From an uncultured virus (IMG/VR IMGVR_UViG_3300017971_006749) (taxonomy: Duplodnaviria; Heunggongvirae; Uroviricota; Caudoviricetes): 64,000 nt of DNA. A model generated the notes under the pieces. The model saw nothing but the letters and a program-made list of their open reading frames with translations, was not told where the DNA came from and did not search any database. The position numbers and the translations under genes are program-made. Shown one piece after another: positions 59,381 to 64,000 of this stretch (its first letter is position 1; each line of letters starts with the position of its first letter). Location: the IMG/VR virus record IMGVR_UViG_3300017971_006749; one strand, 5' to 3'.

Positions 59381-60721
59381 TTATCCAAAGGTAACTATCT
59401 CTGGTATTATTCCTTCCCTATAACAGTTCTCATACTTTTCTATGTGTCTCTCTGGATTCTCACCTTCAGGTATATGCCATTCCTGTTCCTCAGGTAATTC
59501 TAACCTTGAACCGTTATAATGATCTAATACAGCTTGCGCTATCTCTTCAGGAGTGGTAAGCTCGAAACACAATGGCACTGTTTCATCCATATCATCAGGT
59601 TTTATCAAATTCCTGCATTTACCTTTCTTACCACCTAACCAACAGCCATCTGATTCAGCACACGGTAAACAGCCATTCTTATTTAACCATCTGACATGAT
59701 TATAAACATGCCACCTAAGACCCTCTTTACCACCAGCTACTACCACGTTAGGTTTATAACGTCTCAATACTTCTTCTTTGGTATTCTTAAACTCAGAAGC
59801 ACCTATCACAAATTGGAACGAAATCGGCCCTATAAGGCCATCAGACCAATAAGCTAACCTAAGTAACTCTCTGGTCGTCGTTTGTCCCACAAGGCTAAAT
59901 ACACCCCTTAATGGCCTATGTATGTGAGACATACCACCAGCACTCTTACTCCCTATCTGTACTATCCTGACTCTACCTTGCCAAACATCATTCAGTATAT
60001 CTACCACTTCCTGCCATCTATGATACTGCTTTAATTCATTATCGCTCTTCATGCCAGCATTTAATAACCAAAAAGGGCCATCCCAATAATAAGTACAATG
60101 CACTTGATTATACCACGATAACTCCTCATCTGAAAAGAATAACTCAGGATATAAGCCAGTCTTAGGTATCTGAACAGGATCGGATTGCCTGTCATCATGT
60201 ATATATACTTCTATATTTACTTTCTTATTATCAGCTTTGCCTACCAAGCTATATAACGTATCACCTTGAAATAAATGCCATACATAATCATCGCCTTCTC
60301 GCGGCTTTACCTGTAATATATCATCTTCAACTAAAGGATGCCACTGTTTCTGAAATGCTGATTTGACGTATTCTTTAACCTTGCCTAAATCATCAACTCT
60401 TGGTAATGGAATACTGAATGAGAATATATGTAGATCATTTAACTTTCGCTCTATATCATTACGAAAAGCATCACTGAAATGTAAACCATCCCATCCAGAT
60501 TTATTTATATCGTCATAAGTTATCGTATATACTTCAACATCAGATTCAGACTGCTCTAGTTTGGTAATAAATGGACTGTTCTCAAATAGGTCAGGACATG
60601 CACTATGAACATCTATCTGCCAATCAGGATATGCTCTACATAGGTCATATACTGCTCTACTCATCGTTAGTATATCGCCAGGACTTTGTTCCTCTCTTAA
60701 GATTATTTTTCGTTCATTCAT
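59381..60721 (-). CDS. GT9 heptosyltransferase-like protein
   Basis: SPGDIL, LFENSPFI, WQEVV, SLVGQTTTRELL, CLPC..DGCW. Confidence 0.75.
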   Translation of the reverse strand: MNERKIILREEQSPGDILTMSRAVYDLCRAYPDWQIDVHSACPDLFENSPFITKLEQSESDVEVYTITYDDINKSGWDGLHFSDAFRNDIERKLNDLHIFSFSIPLPRVDDLGKVKEYVKSAFQKQWHPLVEDDILQVKPREGDDYVWHLFQGDTLYSLVGKADNKKVNIEVYIHDDRQSDPVQIPKTGLYPELFFSDEELSWYNQVHCTYYWDGPFWLLNAGMKSDNELKQYHRWQEVVDILNDVWQGRVRIVQIGSKSAGGMSHIHRPLRGVFSLVGQTTTRELLRLAYWSDGLIGPISFQFVIGASEFKNTKEEVLRRYKPNVVVAGGKEGLRWHVYNHVRWLNKNGCLPCAESDGCWLGGKKGKCRNLIKPDDMDETVPLCFELTTPEEIAQAVLDHYNGSRLELPEEQEWHIPEGENPERHIEKYENCYREGIIPEIVTFG

Positions 60722-60724
60722 ATG

Positions 60725-60928
60725 TTATTTCTCTTCCTTAGTTCCATTTATTAAATCATCCACTTTAACACCTAACACTTTAGCCAACCTATTAGCTATT
60801 CTTAACCCAGGTATTCTGCTGCCATTTTCAATAGCTGTAATCATAGAATAACTTACCTCAGCTTTATAAGCTAATTCTTCTTTAGTCATTCCACGTTCTT
60901 TTCTTAGTTTATCAAGAATAATATTCAT
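60725..60928 (-). CDS. XRE-family HTH regulator
   Basis: LRKERGMTKEELA...IENGSRIP. Confidence 0.9.
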   Translation of the reverse strand: MNIILDKLRKERGMTKEELAYKAEVSYSMITAIENGSRIPGLRIANRLAKVLGVKVDDLINGTKEEK

Positions 60929-60949
60929 TCATAATTACCTCCTGTTTAT

Positions 60950-60978
60950 ATAATACTAAATTAAACTACTTCTGTCAA
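60950..60978 (-). promoter_or_regulatory. Sigma70-like promoter heading the glycosylation operon
   Basis: TTGACA-17 bp-TATTAT followed by AGGAGG. Confidence 0.65.
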
Positions 60979-61123
60979 GTACAAAATGGGCTGTATTCAA
61001 TTCCACCGCCTAAAATGATATATTACCCAGACCACCATATAGAATCTCGTTAGAGACGAAGTATGAAAGTTTAACAGGTATATTAGACATTATCTTAATT
61101 CCAAAAATTACAGGTGAGAAAGA

Positions 61124-61165
61124 ATGGATATATAATAATATCTTATATTATTATTATATATCCAT
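61124..61165. repeat. Perfect 17 bp inverted repeat with 8 nt loop
   Basis: ATGGATATATAATAATA / TATTATTATATATCCAT. Confidence 0.9.
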
Positions 61166-61211
61166 CTTCCTTATCACCATGATTTGTATATTAGAGCCAT
61201 ATTAGAGTATA

Positions 61212-61406
61212 TTACACCAACTTAGATGGATCAATATCTAATGCCAATGCTATCGACCGTAATGTTGATACAGTGATGCCTTTTCCATCTAATACATTTC
61301 GTATTGTGCCTATTGATAATTTGCTTTCTTCGGCAAGTTGACATATCTTTTTATTGTTATCTTTCATCAGTTGTCTGAATACATTACTTCGTTCTTGATT
61401 CGTCAT
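61212..61406 (-). CDS. XRE-family HTH regulator
   Basis: LAEESKLSIGTIRNVLDG...TLRSIALAL. Confidence 0.8.
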   Translation of the reverse strand: MTNQERSNVFRQLMKDNNKKICQLAEESKLSIGTIRNVLDGKGITVSTLRSIALALDIDPSKLV

Positions 61407-61695
61407 TTATCTTCTCCTTGCTTTTCACTCCTATCAATTACCCTTCGCGTTTTTTCAGCAGTATCACCTGTTCGTTTACCTGATACCAATATTGAAATTA
61501 TCACAAGCTCAAATAAAACAACTATACCCGCTGCAATAAATACTGTAATCATGACGGTCTCCTCGTTACTGGTCTGTAGTTGATAAACTGTAAATGTTTA
61601 TGCAATTTCCTGGCCTCTCGTTTGTTAATTGCCCGTTTTACGTTCATTCTAAATCTTTCTCTAAGTGTCCATTTGTGATTGAACTCCATGCTATA

Positions 61696-61938
61696 TCACC
61701 TCCCCCTTAATCTCTTCCAATTATCTCTATGCGCCGGTTCAAGTATTTTTAAGCTGCTCTTCCATTCGGCAGAAGAGCTCCTACGACTTGGATCGTAGGG
61801 TAGATACCAGCAGACCTCTACTGTAAAGCTGTTCTCTCCACCATAGATTATACCTTCATATTGCGATAATTCTGGATTGGTATAACCTACTATTTCACCT
61901 ACGTTGAACATTTTAACTCCTCTCTTAATACACCTCAT
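61696..61938 (-). CDS. Hypothetical protein
   Basis: 80 aa; likely start MFNVGE. Confidence 0.5.
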   Translation of the reverse strand: MRCIKRGVKMFNVGEIVGYTNPELSQYEGIIYGGENSFTVEVCWYLPYDPSRRSSSAEWKSSLKILEPAHRDNWKRLRGR

Positions 61939-63004
61939 AATAACAGCCAGTATTGGCTATTGCTTCCTGACTCTCTTTAACTCCATGATAGTCAGTTAGG
62001 TCTTTGTCAAATACCATCCTATGAACTATATCACACCATCTCAAAGCACCCATATCAGAACTAATTATCTGTGTCTTATCCATGCTGTAAATACCTGCCA
62101 TCTCAACACCTAAGACCTCAGCTAAGTCTGTCGCTATTCTGGTCATCATATCCTCAGTGATAGTCCTTGAAGCTGAAACGTAGTCACTGCCATATTGGTA
62201 TAGTTTATCATCCTTTTCATGTTCGATAAAACTGGCTAAGTCTATCATGCCATCGAAAGTTTTACCTTCATACTGTCTCAACATTTCTTCTACAGCTTTC
62301 TGACTAGCTCCGTCTGTCCACTCAACATATATCGAACTGCCACCTGAATACCTGTCTGACCTCACCTTAAATTTCTGGCCGGGAAACTTGGTTTTCAAGT
62401 TCTTACGAACTATCTTAGCCACGTCTACTACGTCAATATATACTCTCTCTAGCTCTGGTTTTGGCTCAACTAATACTGTATCATCATCTGCTCTAGCTTC
62501 ACCTAACTGTCTGAGAAGTTTATCAACATAAGTTTCTTCAAGTATGCCAGTATCTAAGTCATAAGTATCAAGAAATTCTTGCGCATCCTCCTTATCTTTC
62601 TGATCTGTATCAATTATCCATTGCAGGAAGTTCCTGATATGCTGTGCTATACAAAATTCAGCATCTTTATATGACCAATGCTGTACGTCAAAACGGCCTT
62701 CATAAATATAGCCATCCTCAAAGATAACCTTGAAATCGTGTTTATCATAAGCTCCACCTTTGGGAGCGGTCGTGCTATTCTCAATTATCTGTCTACTGGC
62801 ACTAGCGAAGTCTTTAAAGAACCATGATAAACATAGGTTACTCGGCCCCTCTGCTCTATCAAGCATTATGCCTTTGACCTGTATCTTTTTCTTTGTCGTT
62901 AGTTGCCTATCTACACATTCTTTACAAATAACAAACTTTCCATTAACTGTTATTGATTCCATATCTTCTATTGGTTTTTCTGTGTGGCAAATATAACAAG
63001 TCAT
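61925..63004 (-). CDS. LPD29-like (large polyvalent protein-associated) domain protein
   Basis: VAKIVRKNLKTKFPGQKFKVRSDRYSGGSSIYVEWTDG...FDGMID. Confidence 0.75.
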   Translation of the reverse strand: MTCYICHTEKPIEDMESITVNGKFVICKECVDRQLTTKKKIQVKGIMLDRAEGPSNLCLSWFFKDFASASRQIIENSTTAPKGGAYDKHDFKVIFEDGYIYEGRFDVQHWSYKDAEFCIAQHIRNFLQWIIDTDQKDKEDAQEFLDTYDLDTGILEETYVDKLLRQLGEARADDDTVLVEPKPELERVYIDVVDVAKIVRKNLKTKFPGQKFKVRSDRYSGGSSIYVEWTDGASQKAVEEMLRQYEGKTFDGMIDLASFIEHEKDDKLYQYGSDYVSASRTITEDMMTRIATDLAEVLGVEMAGIYSMDKTQIISSDMGALRWCDIVHRMVFDKDLTDYHGVKESQEAIANTGCYYEVY

Positions 63005-63005
63005 T

Positions 63006-63191
63006 TTATATCTCCTTTAGATTATCAATAATCTGCATCGCTCTTGCAATAGCATTATTCTTGAATTTATAGATGTCAGTAGAATCAATATCCTTACCAT
63101 TACGACCAATGATAAAGCAATAATAACCACCATCATCAGGACTGTAGGTAACTTCGATAAAATAATCTCTATATTCAAGCAAATTAAACAT
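63006..63191 (-). CDS. Hypothetical protein
   Basis: 61 aa, AAGGAG RBS. Confidence 0.5.
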   Translation of the reverse strand: MFNLLEYRDYFIEVTYSPDDGGYYCFIIGRNGKDIDSTDIYKFKNNAIARAMQIIDNLKEI

Positions 63192-63208
63192 TGTCTATCT
63201 CCTTTTGG

Positions 63209-63409
63209 TTATTTGACTTCTTCTATCTGTAGTCCAAAGTATTTTGCTAAACTCTCCATTACCACCTTGCTGTGTGTTATATAGCCACCGGGATTACCTC
63301 TTGACCATTCCCAACCACACATCTCCAATGACTTCCTCTTCTTATGAATACCCTCAAGTATCCATGTATCTTTGTAACCGTCAAATTGATGCCTGATTAC
63401 CATGTTCAT
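63209..63409 (-). CDS. Hypothetical protein
   Basis: 66 aa, coupled to the upstream gene. Confidence 0.5.
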   Translation of the reverse strand: MNMVIRHQFDGYKDTWILEGIHKKRKSLEMCGWEWSRGNPGGYITHSKVVMESLAKYFGLQIEEVK

Positions 63410-63618
63410 AATATCCCTTTCATTTTCAATAATCTTTCAACCTCTTTCCATCCATCATGACAACAGATAGACGTTGCTTCATCTTCTGGGAAATCCACCA
63501 TCTGTTCATTAGTATAAAAAACCTCTACCGATTTATACTGTCCACGAACTATCCAAGATTCTTCCCACTCCATCCCCAATTTATCTAACACTCCCTTTAA
63601 GTCTTTTACCTTCATCAC
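63406..63618 (-). CDS. Hypothetical protein
   Basis: 70 aa, AAGGAGG RBS. Confidence 0.5.
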   Translation of the reverse strand: MMKVKDLKGVLDKLGMEWEESWIVRGQYKSVEVFYTNEQMVDFPEDEATSICCHDGWKEVERLLKMKGIL

Positions 63619-63625
63619 TGCCTCC

Positions 63626-63904
63626 TTATTTATATTGCGCCCTATACCGTTGATAGATAGGAACTAACTCATCGACACATTCATTGCAGTAATATGTATG
63701 CCCCTTGAACTCTGTATGAGCATCTTCGTAAATTGGATGACTTGAATATCTACCAAATGTCATTACTGAATTATGCTCAGGACATATCGGACTACTGTTT
63801 TCTAATGCCGCTCTCCTGCATGTTCTGGTCAATCGTTCACCCCAACGATAATCAACTTGATTCATCGGCCCTTCCACCCTTGCAACCCATCCTTCATCAG
63901 CCAA
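63626..63904 (-). CDS. Hypothetical Zn-ribbon protein
   Basis: CPEH...CNEC. Confidence 0.45.
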   Translation of the reverse strand: MADEGWVARVEGPMNQVDYRWGERLTRTCRRAALENSSPICPEHNSVMTFGRYSSHPIYEDAHTEFKGHTYYCNECVDELVPIYQRYRAQYK

Positions 63905-64000
63905 TTCTTCAAGAGCTTGCCACCACTCGTAATCTCCATAATCTCCATATCGTTCCCGATCATTCTCTTCTGTTGGAAATTTATAGAGATAAGTTATCTT

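Noticed and set aside
1365..62996. The many short plus-strand ORFs in the track
   Set aside because: They overlap well-supported minus-strand genes and lack RBS or family motifs; only the transposase is credible on the plus strand

Overview
The window looks like part of a large tailed-phage or prophage genome, with almost all real genes on the minus strand. From left to right: (i) a LamG/poly-Ser protein and two probable virion proteins; (ii) a MuF head-morphogenesis protein carrying an HNH intein and a C-terminal ADP-ribosyltransferase-like domain, followed by a small ORF and an ADP-ribosylglycohydrolase; (iii) portal, terminase large and small subunits and ParB; (iv) a 7-deazaguanine DNA-modification cluster (dpdA split by an IS5 element, glycosyltransferase, DpdL-like, folE, queE, queD, plus HPRT, sulfotransferase, ThuA and a Zn dehydrogenase; no queC in the window); (v) small early genes, ArdC-like, DnaB and ERF; (vi) a ~25 kb sugar-nucleotide/glycosyltransferase region (GmhB, HldA-like and HldC-like enzymes, GHMP kinase, epimerase, three GT-A paralogs, three GT9-like proteins, two methyltransferases). 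Inside region (vi) sits a ~2.4 kb piece of bacterial chromosome: the 3' end of dnaA, an apparently complete oriC (DnaA boxes, DnaA-trios, AT-rich tract), intact dnaN and the 5' half of recF. A dispersed ~90 bp inverted-repeat family and a shared promoter/operator motif also recur. No integrase, major capsid protein, tRNA, rRNA or CRISPR array was recognised. All calls come from reading motifs by eye; no database searches were run.
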